Shown: in pieces, positions 1 through 9,701 of the stretch
How the letters are laid out: every line of letters begins with the position of its first letter
How positions within the stretch are numbered: the first letter of the stretch is position 1
Source: an uncultured Spirochaetota bacterium
Lineage (GTDB): Bacteria; Spirochaetota; Spirochaetia; SZUA-6; Fen-1364
Assembly (NCBI GenBank): GCA_963845535.1
Contig: CAWJSK010000012.1
Location: 352,001-416,000 of the forward strand
Reading direction: 5' to 3'
Length of the DNA: 64,000 nucleotides
Notes under the pieces: model-generated
The model's input: only the letters and a program-made list of their open reading frames with translations
Told to the model about the DNA's origin: nothing
The model's database searches: none
Made by a program: the position numbers and the translations under genes

Positions 1-381
1 ATCCCCAACCCTGCCGTCGTGAATGATGCGGTCCAGAAGATTGCCTATCCCGCCGCCAGCAACAAAAGAGAGACCCGTGGCGAGCACAGTATGGACATTT
101 CTCTTCCTGACCACGTAGACAGCAACCGCGGCCAGCATGGCAAGAGGAAAGGCGATAAAGACTGCGCGGCGCACAGGGCGCGGCAGCCATGCGCCAAGGC
201 TGAGGAATGCTCCCTGGTTCTCCACGTAGCGCATGACCAGGACTCCGCCGAGCAAAGATACCACCGTCCCATCCTTGAGGTACGACCTTGCAAGGGCCTT
301 GGTGCCCTGGTCGCACCCGACCGTCAAAAGAAGGACCGTGGCCATTATCATGGCCCCGACCATCCGCCTGTACTTGTTCAC
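1..381 (-). CDS. lspA: Lipoprotein signal peptidase II, 5' part, runs off the window start (absent from the ORF track)
   Basis: Manual translation from GTG at 381 (GAGGAG RBS at 385-390) gives ...GCDQGTK...VENQGAF...AGGIGNLLDRIIHDGRVGD, the LspA motifs. Confidence 0.9.
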   Translation of the reverse strand, partial: MNKYRRMVGAMIMATVLLLTVGCDQGTKALARSYLKDGTVVSLLGGVLVMRYVENQGAFLSLGAWLPRPVRRAVFIAFPLAMLAAVAVYVVRKRNVHTVLATGLSFVAGGGIGNLLDRIIHDGRVGD

Positions 382-402
382 ATTCTCCTCCGTCCGGCAA
401 CT

Positions 403-1629
403 TCAATCGATGTATGGATCGAATATATCCTCACCGGCCATTGCGACACCGAGAGGCCGCAGCGTATGCAGGATGCGAAGCGTGCCTTCATGGGCGGCAA
501 GGACACCGAGCAACTGCCGGTACACGTGCGGGCTTTCATCCAGCCCTCCGCCGCGAAGCTCCACGCCTTCCCGCCGCAGCCATTCCATCATCATGGCCTT
601 GGTGATCTGGCCGGGCTTGATGACGTGCGACACCCGCCGGGCGCCCTTTCTGATCCAACGGCGCTTGCCGGCCGCCTGCGTGCGGCTCATCACTCTGCCG
701 GCGCCGTGCACGGTGCTGCGCAGCGCCCTCCGTGACTCCGTGCCGTCCACTCCTTCCACGATCACGCTGATGTCCCCCATGGAGCCGCCAATGATCCCGC
801 GCTGCCCCGGCCACGCCGGAGTGGCTCCCTTCCTGACAACCACCAGCTTCTCCCCCGAATGCTCTTCCACCCAGGCGAAGTTGTGGTGGTTGTGGACCTC
901 TTCAACGGCCTTGGCCCCCAGGATCCCGAGGACTTGATCCGCCACGAAATCTCTCCCCGCGTACGCGTACCTGCCCGCGAGGGTCATGGATTGCCAGTAG
1001 TCCTGGCCCATGCTGCTCGCCAGCGACAGAACCGTTGCCGGCTGGTCCATCCCTTTCTCAGGGGCGTGGGCGTCGAACGCCCTGCCTGCCGCAAGGTTCA
1101 AGAAACCGCTTGCCACCTTGAACCCGAAGCCGCGACTGCCAAAGTGAACCGCGACCCAGACCCTGCCCTGTTCGTCTTCCAGGAGATCAACGAAGTGATT
1201 GCCGGACCCCACGGTCCCCAGTTGGGCGCGCGCCGCGTCCTTGAGCGGCCCCACGTGTTTCAGGTCACGCCACGCGGGGTCATCGAATAGCTCGTGGTCA
1301 GCGGCCTGTCCGCTCTCACGCCCCAGGCCAAACACCACCGTGCGCGCCACCTGGTCCATCACGCCCTTGATGTCCCGTTTCAGATCGGCGGATTGCAGGT
1401 CCGTGAGGACGGCCTTGAGCCCGCAGGAAATATCGTATCCAACGCCGCTGGGAGAGACCGCGTTGCGGTAGGCCACAACGCCGCCAATGGGCATCGAATA
1501 GCCCTTGTGGCCGTCCGCCATGAGCGCCGCGGCAGCCACCGTCTCATCAGCCGCGCAACGGCGGATCTGAGCCAGCGTTGCTTCATCATGCTCGCCCCAC
1601 ACGGGGATGCCGTCTATGACTTTGAACAT
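403..1629 (-). CDS. rtcB: RtcB family RNA ligase
   Basis: MADGHKGY, VGYDISCG, GTVGSGNHF, HFGSRG, HNHHN, HGAGR and DESP motifs. Confidence 0.93.
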   Translation of the reverse strand: MFKVIDGIPVWGEHDEATLAQIRRCAADETVAAAALMADGHKGYSMPIGGVVAYRNAVSPSGVGYDISCGLKAVLTDLQSADLKRDIKGVMDQVARTVVFGLGRESGQAADHELFDDPAWRDLKHVGPLKDAARAQLGTVGSGNHFVDLLEDEQGRVWVAVHFGSRGFGFKVASGFLNLAAGRAFDAHAPEKGMDQPATVLSLASSMGQDYWQSMTLAGRYAYAGRDFVADQVLGILGAKAVEEVHNHHNFAWVEEHSGEKLVVVRKGATPAWPGQRGIIGGSMGDISVIVEGVDGTESRRALRSTVHGAGRVMSRTQAAGKRRWIRKGARRVSHVIKPGQITKAMMMEWLRREGVELRGGGLDESPHVYRQLLGVLAAHEGTLRILHTLRPLGVAMAGEDIFDPYID

Positions 1630-1736
1630 CCGCGTATCCTCATGCAGACCGCCTGCGTTCCCTCATTCAGCCTGCCTGAGCGTAGCCCGAACGCCGGCCG
1701 CTGACCAGGGGTTGGCGTGCGTGATATCGTACGTCC

Positions 1737-2147
1737 ATGATCGAGAGAATGAGCGAAGCCCTTGTGGCGGCCATGTTCGAGACGTTGCCCGTGGAGATCA
1801 CCATCATCGATGCAAACGATGAGGTTGTGGGATGGAACAAACATGACAGCCGTATCTTCAAGCGCCCCATGACATCCATGGGCCTCAACTTCCGGGACTG
1901 CCATCCCGAGGAGAGTGTCCCCCGCGTGGTGAAGATTGTGGATGACATGAGGGCAGGCACGCGAGATACCGTGCGGTTCTGGCTCGACTTCGAGGTGGAG
2001 CCAGGCAAGAAAAAGCACAAGGTGCTGATAGAGTTCTTTGCCCTTCGTGATTACAACAGAAAGTACCTGGGCTGCATGGAATGCGCGCAGGACATCGAAG
2101 AGATCAAGAAGATCGAAGGGCAGAGACGGCTTCAGGACGAGACGTAG
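1737..2147 (+). CDS. Stand-alone PAS-domain protein (PAS_10-like)
   Basis: LPVEITIIDANDEV...RIFKRP...CHP...YLGCMECAQD pattern; alternative start at 1749. Confidence 0.8.
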   Translation: MIERMSEALVAAMFETLPVEITIIDANDEVVGWNKHDSRIFKRPMTSMGLNFRDCHPEESVPRVVKIVDDMRAGTRDTVRFWLDFEVEPGKKKHKVLIEFFALRDYNRKYLGCMECAQDIEEIKKIEGQRRLQDET

Positions 2148-2271
2148 GCGCGCGCGGGGAAAGGGGGTCCGGTTACGGCCGCGCCGGCGCAGCTCATGCG
2201 CGCCGCTCGTGCAGCGCGGGGCTCCCTTGTCTCCAGCCTCGGCGTGGTGTACGTTTTGGGCGGGAAAGTCT

Positions 2272-3771
2272 ATGAGCGCCGCCGCCAAACGCACGTCTGC
2301 AAAGAAACGCGCTTCAGCGTCACCGAGCGCAAAGAAGCAGGCAAAGGTCTCCCGTCCGCAGGCTTCGCGCGCGCCGGCCTTGCGCCCTCCGGCAGGGACC
2401 ATGCATCGGTCCATCCAACTCCTCCAGACCGCGCTGGATGAGCTGGGGGCCAGAATGCCGCTGGCGGACGTGGAGCGCATCGCCATCATCATCAATGAGG
2501 CAATGACCGCGGAGGCTCGAAGCTTCCATACCCCTGAGCACGTCTTCGACCTGGTGGACCCCGGCAACCCGTACATGACGCTGGCCGCGCTTTTCCATGA
2601 CCTGGTGTACTACCAGGTGGACATGGGATTCATTCCGCAGATCAAGGAAGCCCTCGAGCCGAGCATCGAGCCCTGGGACGGTGGTCTTCGCCTGAAGCCG
2701 GGCATCCGGGAGAACGACAGGGAGCTTCTCCTGTGCATGGAAGTCTTCGACGTCAAAGGGGGGCAGAAGCTCGCGCCCTTCGGCGGCATGAATGAGTTCC
2801 TGAGCGCGCTTGTCATGGCCCGAAAGCTCGGCGGCGTGGTGAAGGAGCAAGACCTGATACTTGCCACCGCGTGCATCGAAGCCACCATCCCATTTCGCCC
2901 AAAGGACGCACATGACCGCACCCCGGCTGAACGGCTGGCCCAGCGCCTCCAGGCGGCAAACGCCAACCTTCGCCTTGGGCTGGGTCGGGAAAAGATCGAG
3001 CAGGCGGTCCGGTGGGCCGTCACTTTCGCCAACCGGGACGTCGCCAACTTCGCGGAGCGCGACGTGACGAGGTTCCTGGACAACACCTGGAAGCTCCTTC
3101 CTGAGACAAACCCGTCCTTGCGCACGCTTGGCGTTTACTCCATCAAGAGCTACCGCGTTGCCTTGCAGAAAATGGAAGGTTTCCTCTGCTCCGTGGACCC
3201 TGCCACCATCTTCGCACAATATGCAGGCGCGCCCGCTGAGAACGAGTACCGGCAGATGCGGCAACGCGGGGAGCGCAACGTCTCCACGGCCTGCGAGTAC
3301 CTCGGCATCAAGCTCCTGACCGCCGCAATCCTGGAGGCGCTGGCGGAGATAAGCGGCGGAGATGCGCCCGTCTCCCTCTTCATGGGGGACATTGGCGCAG
3401 ACCAGAAAGGAAGCAGGCTGGAGGACTACCTCGCCGAAGACAAGCCTCCCACCGGGCTCCACCTGGACAAGACGTTGCACGACCTGCTTGCCTACGGGAG
3501 AGCCAGTGCGTCCAGCTTCGACCTTCAGAACTCCCCTCTTTCGCTCTTCATCTACATGCACCTGGGAGCTGAGGGCTTTCACGAAGTCCGCGGCACTGCC
3601 CGGCAGATGTTCGAAGGCAAGATCACCCCTCGCGCTTTCCTTGATGCGCTCCCGGGTGGTATGATTGCCAAAATCGGGGAGAGCTGCGCGCACATGGCGT
3701 TCACGCGGGCAGGAGACCTGAACGCTTATGCGGCGTCCCGGCGCCCCCAATCAGCCTTGCGAGGCCGATAG
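2272..3771 (+). CDS. Predicted metal-dependent HD-superfamily phosphohydrolase
   Basis: FHTPEHV, AALFHDLVY, IEAT and NRDV motifs; start uncertain (2272 or 2401). Confidence 0.6.
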   Translation: MSAAAKRTSAKKRASASPSAKKQAKVSRPQASRAPALRPPAGTMHRSIQLLQTALDELGARMPLADVERIAIIINEAMTAEARSFHTPEHVFDLVDPGNPYMTLAALFHDLVYYQVDMGFIPQIKEALEPSIEPWDGGLRLKPGIRENDRELLLCMEVFDVKGGQKLAPFGGMNEFLSALVMARKLGGVVKEQDLILATACIEATIPFRPKDAHDRTPAERLAQRLQAANANLRLGLGREKIEQAVRWAVTFANRDVANFAERDVTRFLDNTWKLLPETNPSLRTLGVYSIKSYRVALQKMEGFLCSVDPATIFAQYAGAPAENEYRQMRQRGERNVSTACEYLGIKLLTAAILEALAEISGGDAPVSLFMGDIGADQKGSRLEDYLAEDKPPTGLHLDKTLHDLLAYGRASASSFDLQNSPLSLFIYMHLGAEGFHEVRGTARQMFEGKITPRAFLDALPGGMIAKIGESCAHMAFTRAGDLNAYAASRRPQSALRGR

Positions 3772-3813
3772 AACCGCGCGACCATCCGCGCTTCTCGTCA
3801 AGGGATTGAACTG

Positions 3814-5085
3814 GTGACAGACTTACAACGCATCGGGGCCCTTTTCTGCGTCGCTTCCGCGGCCGCTGCTCTGGCCGCATGCTCAGCCAGACCTCCGTCC
3901 CTTCCCGTGGCGAACAACACCGTCTCTCAGGTACGGATCACCAGCACGCCTCCATGGAAAGATCCGGCAACCCCTCGCGCAATGACGGCGCACCGCGCGT
4001 CTGCCGGGGAGGCATGGCCAACGAAGGAGTGGCGCATCTCTTCTCCTGAGGAGGAAGGGATGGACGGGGACAAGCTGCAGGCGGCGCTGGCGTCCGCGCA
4101 AAAGCAGGGACTCTCCCTTCACGGTTTGCTCGTCATCAGGCACGGCTCCATCGTGATGGAGAAGTACTTTGCCCCGTATGACGTGGACACCCCACACTCC
4201 CTGTACTCCTGCACCAAGAGCTTCATTTCCGCGCTGGTGGGGATTGCCATCAAGAAGGGATTCATCACCGGAGTGAACAGGCCCGTGATGAGTTATTTCC
4301 CCAACGGGAGCTACGCGGGCGCGGTGTCCTCCATGCAGACCCCACCCCCTTCCTCACGGCAAGCCACGCGCTCTCGGATCTCCTCTCCGTTTGCGGCCCC
4401 GCAGACATCCTCGTGGGCTGCCGACACAGAGTCCAAGCACGAAATAACCGTGGAGAACCTTCTCACCATGAGCTCGGGGCTGGATTGGCTGGAAGCTGAT
4501 GAGACCTATGACAGGATGTATTCATCCTCCCAGGACTGGGTGAAGTTCGTCCTTGACTGGTCCATGGCGGACAGACCGGGACAAAGCTTCACGTACAGCT
4601 CGGGCAACTCGCACCTTCTCTCAGCGATCATCCAGAAAACAAGCCGCATGAACACGTACGACTTCGCTCGCGCAAACCTCTTCGGCCCGCTGGGCATCAA
4701 GGATCCCGACTGGGACCGTGATCCTTCGGGCATCCCCATTGGCGGCTGGGGGCTCCACCTCACACCGCGTGAGATGGCCAAGCTGGGCTACCTCTACCTT
4801 CACCGTGGCGTGTGGGAGCACAAGCACGTCGTCCCCGCCTCATGGGTTCGCGACTCCACGCAATCGCATATCAAAGCCGATGACAACTGGCAGTACGGCT
4901 ACCAGTGGTGGCTCGACCCTTCCCGGGATTTCTTCGCGGCAATCGGCAGGTACGGCCAAAGCATCTTCGTTGTCCCCGCCCAGGACCTCGTCGTGGTGTT
5001 CACCGCCCACATCGACTCCAACGACCCTGAGGTGGATCTTCTCAAGAAATACATCATCCCCGCGTGTACCGCCCCGCAGTCGTGA
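3814..5085 (+). CDS. Serine hydrolase (beta-lactamase/6-aminohexanoate-dimer hydrolase family), probable lipoprotein
   Basis: Lipobox LAAC; SCTK (SxxK), LLTMSSG, YSS and YGYQWW. Confidence 0.88.
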   Translation: MTDLQRIGALFCVASAAAALAACSARPPSLPVANNTVSQVRITSTPPWKDPATPRAMTAHRASAGEAWPTKEWRISSPEEEGMDGDKLQAALASAQKQGLSLHGLLVIRHGSIVMEKYFAPYDVDTPHSLYSCTKSFISALVGIAIKKGFITGVNRPVMSYFPNGSYAGAVSSMQTPPPSSRQATRSRISSPFAAPQTSSWAADTESKHEITVENLLTMSSGLDWLEADETYDRMYSSSQDWVKFVLDWSMADRPGQSFTYSSGNSHLLSAIIQKTSRMNTYDFARANLFGPLGIKDPDWDRDPSGIPIGGWGLHLTPREMAKLGYLYLHRGVWEHKHVVPASWVRDSTQSHIKADDNWQYGYQWWLDPSRDFFAAIGRYGQSIFVVPAQDLVVVFTAHIDSNDPEVDLLKKYIIPACTAPQS

Positions 5086-5127
5086 GCCGCGCGCCAACGA
5101 CGTGTCAGGCTGATGCGATCTTCTTCC

Positions 5128-6072
5128 CTACTTGAGCATGCCGGTAAGTTTTTCAGGGAGCGTTATCTTTCCCGAAGAACGGTCAATCTGAATTTCGCTC
5201 AGGTCCTTACCGTAATTCCAATATACGTTGTCACTTATGCTTCCAGGTCCTTGCTGATACATATAGGTCAACAAGCCCATGAACTCCGTTACCGTATTAT
5301 TTATAAGCTGCTTTGATGAAAGAGCCATAGCAACGATTGTCATCCGGTTTGGAACCCCCACCAGCGTTCCATAGGTTGCCGTAGGCATTCCTTTGTTTGA
5401 CAGGTCATATATGCTCGTAGTTATATAAGGATTTGTGTCTGATGTGAGAAGACTAACCCTAAGCCCGTCTTTGAAGTCATACTCTTCGAACTTTTCGCTG
5501 TTTTGACTCATAGTGTTCTTCAACGCCTGTGAAAGAACGTCATTTGGGGAAGTGTGCCACTTTGCTGCGTAGGTCATGTCCAAATTAGCAATTCCGCTTG
5601 GATAGTCTACAACGACTACACCAAAGAAGCCGAGCTTTTTATCATCGATGATTGAACTTTTCTGGAAGGACTGCAGTTGTTCGGTGGGATAGATCCTGAC
5701 CTTCAGAAAGGCCAAGGCGGTTTGGTATCTCTCCAGCAAAGGTTTTACTTTAGCCTGCTCCTCCCTCTTCCTCTTGAGCTGGCCAAAGAAGCCGTTTATG
5801 ATAGCTGGCCAGCGTTCAATCTTGTCCTGCCTGCAGATATCGTACAGGTTTGAAAGTCCAATGTGAGAGTCTTTGTCCACATATGGGTTATCCTCTAAAA
5901 CGATGAAATAGCCCTCCTGCATGTGGTCTTCAATCTTGCCGAAGCCCAAGTGAATCACTTGTGCACGGACCTCTTTTATGAATGCACTATAGTCTGGTTG
6001 ATCTGTCTGTCCAAAAGCAATGACAGGAGTCAACGAAAAGGCCAGGATGGAGAGAGCGACAACAACCTTCAT
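5128..6072 (-). CDS. Secreted hypothetical protein (lower GC)
   Basis: 314-aa ORF with signal peptide and GGAG RBS; no family recognised. Confidence 0.7.
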   Translation of the reverse strand: MKVVVALSILAFSLTPVIAFGQTDQPDYSAFIKEVRAQVIHLGFGKIEDHMQEGYFIVLEDNPYVDKDSHIGLSNLYDICRQDKIERWPAIINGFFGQLKRKREEQAKVKPLLERYQTALAFLKVRIYPTEQLQSFQKSSIIDDKKLGFFGVVVVDYPSGIANLDMTYAAKWHTSPNDVLSQALKNTMSQNSEKFEEYDFKDGLRVSLLTSDTNPYITTSIYDLSNKGMPTATYGTLVGVPNRMTIVAMALSSKQLINNTVTEFMGLLTYMYQQGPGSISDNVYWNYGKDLSEIQIDRSSGKITLPEKLTGMLK

Positions 6073-6135
6073 GGAATCTCCCTTACGAATATCTTGAAGC
6101 TGTTTCAGAATGACAAATCCGCAAGCATTCCGCGC

Positions 6136-7197
6136 TTATTGCTTCTGCTTGGCCTTCATGTAGTTCTTGACCATCTTTCCGAATGCCTTTTCCTTCTTCC
6201 GTTTCTCGAGGTACGTCATCTCGTAATATTTCGATTCTTTCATCAGTTTCTGGTAGCTCTGCAACCTCTCGGCGGTCAATTTGCCTTCCGCCAGGCCCAA
6301 AAGGACGGCGCAACCTTTTTCAGCGGTGTGGGTACAATCAGCAAAGCGACAACGTTCGGCAAACGCGGCGATGTCTTCATAACTCTCATCTATCCCGAGT
6401 CCAAAGCCCAGCATGCCCAGCTCCCGCATTCCGGGTGTGTCGACGAAAAGTGCGCCGTTATCCAAGATGACCAATTGTCGTCGTGTAGTGGTATGTCGGC
6501 CTTTCGCACTTTTCTCTCGTACGGTATCGGTTGCAAACTCTTCCTTCCCCAATAGTTTGTTCAATATGGTGCTCTTGCCCACTCCGGAGGAGCCGATCAG
6601 ACAATAGGTTTTCCCGATTTCCAGCGTGTCCCTGAATCGGTCGTAGCCAACCCCGGAGGTACTGCTCAGCGGAATCACGTGAATGCTATGATCTCTCTGT
6701 ACCTCCGCGATCATTGATTCCAGCTTTAAGCCGTCAACAAGGTCGGACTTGGTCAGCAGGAGTACGGAATCAATTCCACCGTCCTTTGTCATTACGATGT
6801 ATCTGTCAAGCCGATTCAGATTGTAGTCGACGTCACAAGACTGGACAATGAAAGCAACGTCGATATTTGAGGCAATGAGCTGGTAATCGACTCGTGCCCC
6901 CGAGGATCTCCGGCGCAGTATGGTTCTTCTTGGTAGTACGTCGAGTACAATCGCATGCGCGTTATTGTCATAGTAATCCACCACTACCCAGTCTCCGACA
7001 CAAGGCATGTCTTCCGTGGTTTCCGCACAATAGAGTAGCCTTCCTGTAAGCTCCGCAGGAATAGATCCAAACTCGCTTCCGATCATGTAGCGATCTCGGT
7101 CAACAGCAATAACCCGAGCCAGTTGAGTTTCAGCGATTACGTTATCCCTCACCTTGGCCCGGAACCAATCACCGTAGCCGAGGTCTTTAAGATTCAC
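6136..7197 (-). CDS. rsgA: Ribosome small subunit-dependent GTPase A
   Basis: Circularly permuted GTPase motifs TKSD, GSSGVGKS, GRHTT and DTPG; Zn site CRFADCTH...GC; GTG start after GGAGG. Confidence 0.92.
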   Translation of the reverse strand: MNLKDLGYGDWFRAKVRDNVIAETQLARVIAVDRDRYMIGSEFGSIPAELTGRLLYCAETTEDMPCVGDWVVVDYYDNNAHAIVLDVLPRRTILRRRSSGARVDYQLIASNIDVAFIVQSCDVDYNLNRLDRYIVMTKDGGIDSVLLLTKSDLVDGLKLESMIAEVQRDHSIHVIPLSSTSGVGYDRFRDTLEIGKTYCLIGSSGVGKSTILNKLLGKEEFATDTVREKSAKGRHTTTRRQLVILDNGALFVDTPGMRELGMLGFGLGIDESYEDIAAFAERCRFADCTHTAEKGCAVLLGLAEGKLTAERLQSYQKLMKESKYYEMTYLEKRKKEKAFGKMVKNYMKAKQKQ

Positions 7198-7415
7198 GTG
7201 ACCTCCCCGTACGCACACTATCATGGCTTTCATGCACTGAACAGAGAGATTTGCCACCCTGAATCAACCCGCGTATGTCCAAAGCATTCATCTCATGGGT
7301 TGTCGCATTCGGCCCTGAAGTTTGGCGCCTTCGTACCTTGCCGTTGTTTTTCAACTTCATAATCTTTAGCCCAGATTCATTTCTTGAGCCCTTAAACAAG
7401 GAACGGAGGATTCAC

Positions 7416-8018
7416 GTGGGCAAAGTTGTGGTCGTTAACAATATAACCCTGGACGGCGTTATGCAGGCCCCCGCTCGCGCAGATGAAGACACTCGGAATG
7501 GTTTCAAGTATGGTGGCTGGGGCATTCCTTTCAACGACCCAGTCATGGGAAAGAAGATGGCAGAGCTCATGGCCAAAGGCTCCCCACACGGAGCGCTACT
7601 GCTCGGCCGGCGAACCTACGAGGATTTCTACGCAGTTTGGCCCAAACGAAAAGATGGCAATCCTTATACCGAGCATCTCAACAAAGTAAAGAAATATGTG
7701 GCGTCCACGACCTTGCGAGAGCCGCTTCCATGGAACAACTCCCAACTACTCAACGGTGACGCAGGCGATGCAATTGCGGCACTGAAGAAGCAATTGGATC
7801 TTACCGTCCTTGGAAGTGGTGAGCTCATAAAGTCCCTGATGCGACGCAATCTTATTGACGAGTTTCTCCTTACCATTGCTCCGATCATACTTGGGTCAGG
7901 ACGTCGGTTGTTCCCTTCCGGAGTGCCGGCTTCGCTTCGGCTTGTCGATAGTATTGTGACTACAATGGGAGTGATTATCGCCACCTACCAGGTCAGCGAA
8001 GAAGGGCCGGGCACGTGA
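7416..8018 (+). CDS. Dihydrofolate reductase-like / RibD C-terminal domain protein
   Basis: TLDG, LLLGRRTY, GSGEL and LGSGRRLF; GTG start after GGAGG. Confidence 0.88.
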   Translation: MGKVVVVNNITLDGVMQAPARADEDTRNGFKYGGWGIPFNDPVMGKKMAELMAKGSPHGALLLGRRTYEDFYAVWPKRKDGNPYTEHLNKVKKYVASTTLREPLPWNNSQLLNGDAGDAIAALKKQLDLTVLGSGELIKSLMRRNLIDEFLLTIAPIILGSGRRLFPSGVPASLRLVDSIVTTMGVIIATYQVSEEGPGT

Positions 8019-8069
8019 AACGATAACGCGATTAAGATCGCGGCGGCACTACGGGTCAAGTTCCGATGA

Positions 8070-8186
8070 ACATAACATGGAGTCAAGCAGGGCCGCCGAC
8101 CCGCGCCCAAATGTAACGGCTTTTACGGATTGCAGGTTGCACTTTTACATTCACCTTGGGGCGGCTGCTTCAACGACTTGTTATGC
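8070..8186 (-). other. Integron attC recombination site (117 bp)
   Basis: Minus strand reads R'' GCATAAC, AAGTCG, L'' TTGAAGCAG ... L' CTGCTTGA, CTCCAT, R' GTTATGT; imperfect palindrome 12 bp after the methyltransferase stop. Confidence 0.8.
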
Positions 8187-8198
8187 CCCTGCGACTTC

Positions 8199-9701
8199 TC
8201 AGAAGGAGAGTGTTTTCTGATCAGAAGTAGATTCAGCCGGTTGAAGCCTCAAAGCTGCTGCATAGTCATGTCTTCCAAGAAATTCGGAAAGCTTGATCAA
8301 ATCTAGGCGTTTCAATACCTCAATCGTCACCGGTCTCTTTGCGTCGAAGAAAGTAAGCGATCGCAAGAATGTCTGAGCCGGCCCTGACTGCAATAGCTCC
8401 AGAACCGAGTCTGCTTCTGCCTCGGACCAAAAGGACAAAAAGTAGCAAGTATCATCAAGAAGAACTGGTTTTTCTTGGCGGCACCCTATCTTGACAAACT
8501 GAAAAGCCTTATACAAACCAGCTACTGCGACTTTCCAAGGCGCAAAGGTGTAAGGCCCGACACCGAAAATTGAGTACTTGGGACGATTTCTGTAGATCGA
8601 GCTCTTTCTCATTCCAAAGTAGGTCTGGTGGTCTTCTAGATACGCCCATAGTTTAGGGGCCGTATCTTTCAACCTTAAAGTATCTTCATTTGTTCGGAAC
8701 TGTGGAACAACCACAAACCGATTTGTAGCCGTTCTGCCGTTAGCTAAATCAGACGACTTGAGAAAAGGAAACAGGTGGGACGATTCCGCGACGCATTCCT
8801 CCCCAAGCTTATTGAGAAACCTTCCATCTATGAGTTCCAGCTCCATGATCGATGATGCGTCGTGCTTAATTCCAGATCTCCATTTGCGTTGCTCATGCCC
8901 GTCAAGCTGGGAATAGACAGAGTAGCTCTTTGCGTCGGATACAAGTTCACCCTTCACTGTCCCCACTTGCCCCGTCATGAGCTCATAGCTTAGGCCGCGA
9001 TATTGTTCCGCGGAAGCGCACTTAGCTGCGTCTTGGCGAATTCGTATGTATAATAGACACGCATTCACGGACGCGCCAAAGTGCAAAGCGGCATCTATAA
9101 GATGAAGCGAGGCTTTTGATACGGAATGATCGTGTATCCATGCATACTTCAAAACTTTGCGTGCGGTTGCCACCTTGCACAGTATTGCAATATCGATATC
9201 AATTGAACGTGATGCTTCTAGCAGCTTTATTAGCATCCATTCTGATATGTCGAAATTGGCCTTCCCAGTCTTCGCAGCAAATCCCTCATGTCCTTGGAAG
9301 TTGGACTTCTTGGGAAGATTGTCGCTATTCATTGAACCCAAACGAGCACTGGTCACCCAAGGGAGATTCCCTAATAGAAGGGGTCTATCGCCCGCGCCCG
9401 ACAGGATGTTGTGCCAGTTAGCGTTGAAGAAGTCTTGGACCTCTAGCGTAGCAGAATAGCCTTTGCGATCAAGCATTCTGGATGCGTTCTGGAGGTGATT
9501 TGGATTTATATCATAGCCAACCACCTTTTTGAGCTTGTGGAAGTGTTTCACAGCACTCAACAGAAACGAGCCGCTTCCACATGTTGGTTCGATTATTGCG
9601 TCTGGATCAATTCCAGTAGAAACCAGGAACCCACATACTTCGTCAGCAAGCGGCGGAGGCGTCTGGAAGTCACCAAATTCAATCTTTTTAAGCATGTTCA
9701 T
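8199..9701 (-). CDS. Type II DNA amino-methyltransferase (M.NspV-like, gamma motif order)
   Basis: EFGDFQTP, motif I EPTCGSGSFL, motif IV GNLPW; TAATG overlap with the endonuclease stop. Confidence 0.85.
   Translation of the reverse strand: MNMLKKIEFGDFQTPPPLADEVCGFLVSTGIDPDAIIEPTCGSGSFLLSAVKHFHKLKKVVGYDINPNHLQNASRMLDRKGYSATLEVQDFFNANWHNILSGAGDRPLLLGNLPWVTSARLGSMNSDNLPKKSNFQGHEGFAAKTGKANFDISEWMLIKLLEASRSIDIDIAILCKVATARKVLKYAWIHDHSVSKASLHLIDAALHFGASVNACLLYIRIRQDAAKCASAEQYRGLSYELMTGQVGTVKGELVSDAKSYSVYSQLDGHEQRKWRSGIKHDASSIMELELIDGRFLNKLGEECVAESSHLFPFLKSSDLANGRTATNRFVVVPQFRTNEDTLRLKDTAPKLWAYLEDHQTYFGMRKSSIYRNRPKYSIFGVGPYTFAPWKVAVAGLYKAFQFVKIGCRQEKPVLLDDTCYFLSFWSEAEADSVLELLQSGPAQTFLRSLTFFDAKRPVTIEVLKRLDLIKLSEFLGRHDYAAALRLQPAESTSDQKTLSF

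Noticed and set aside
5085..8069. Further attC sites making a multi-cassette array
   Set aside because: Intergenic gaps at 5085-5128, 6073-6135 and 7198-7415 lack paired RYYYAAC/GTTRRRY boxes with an internal palindrome
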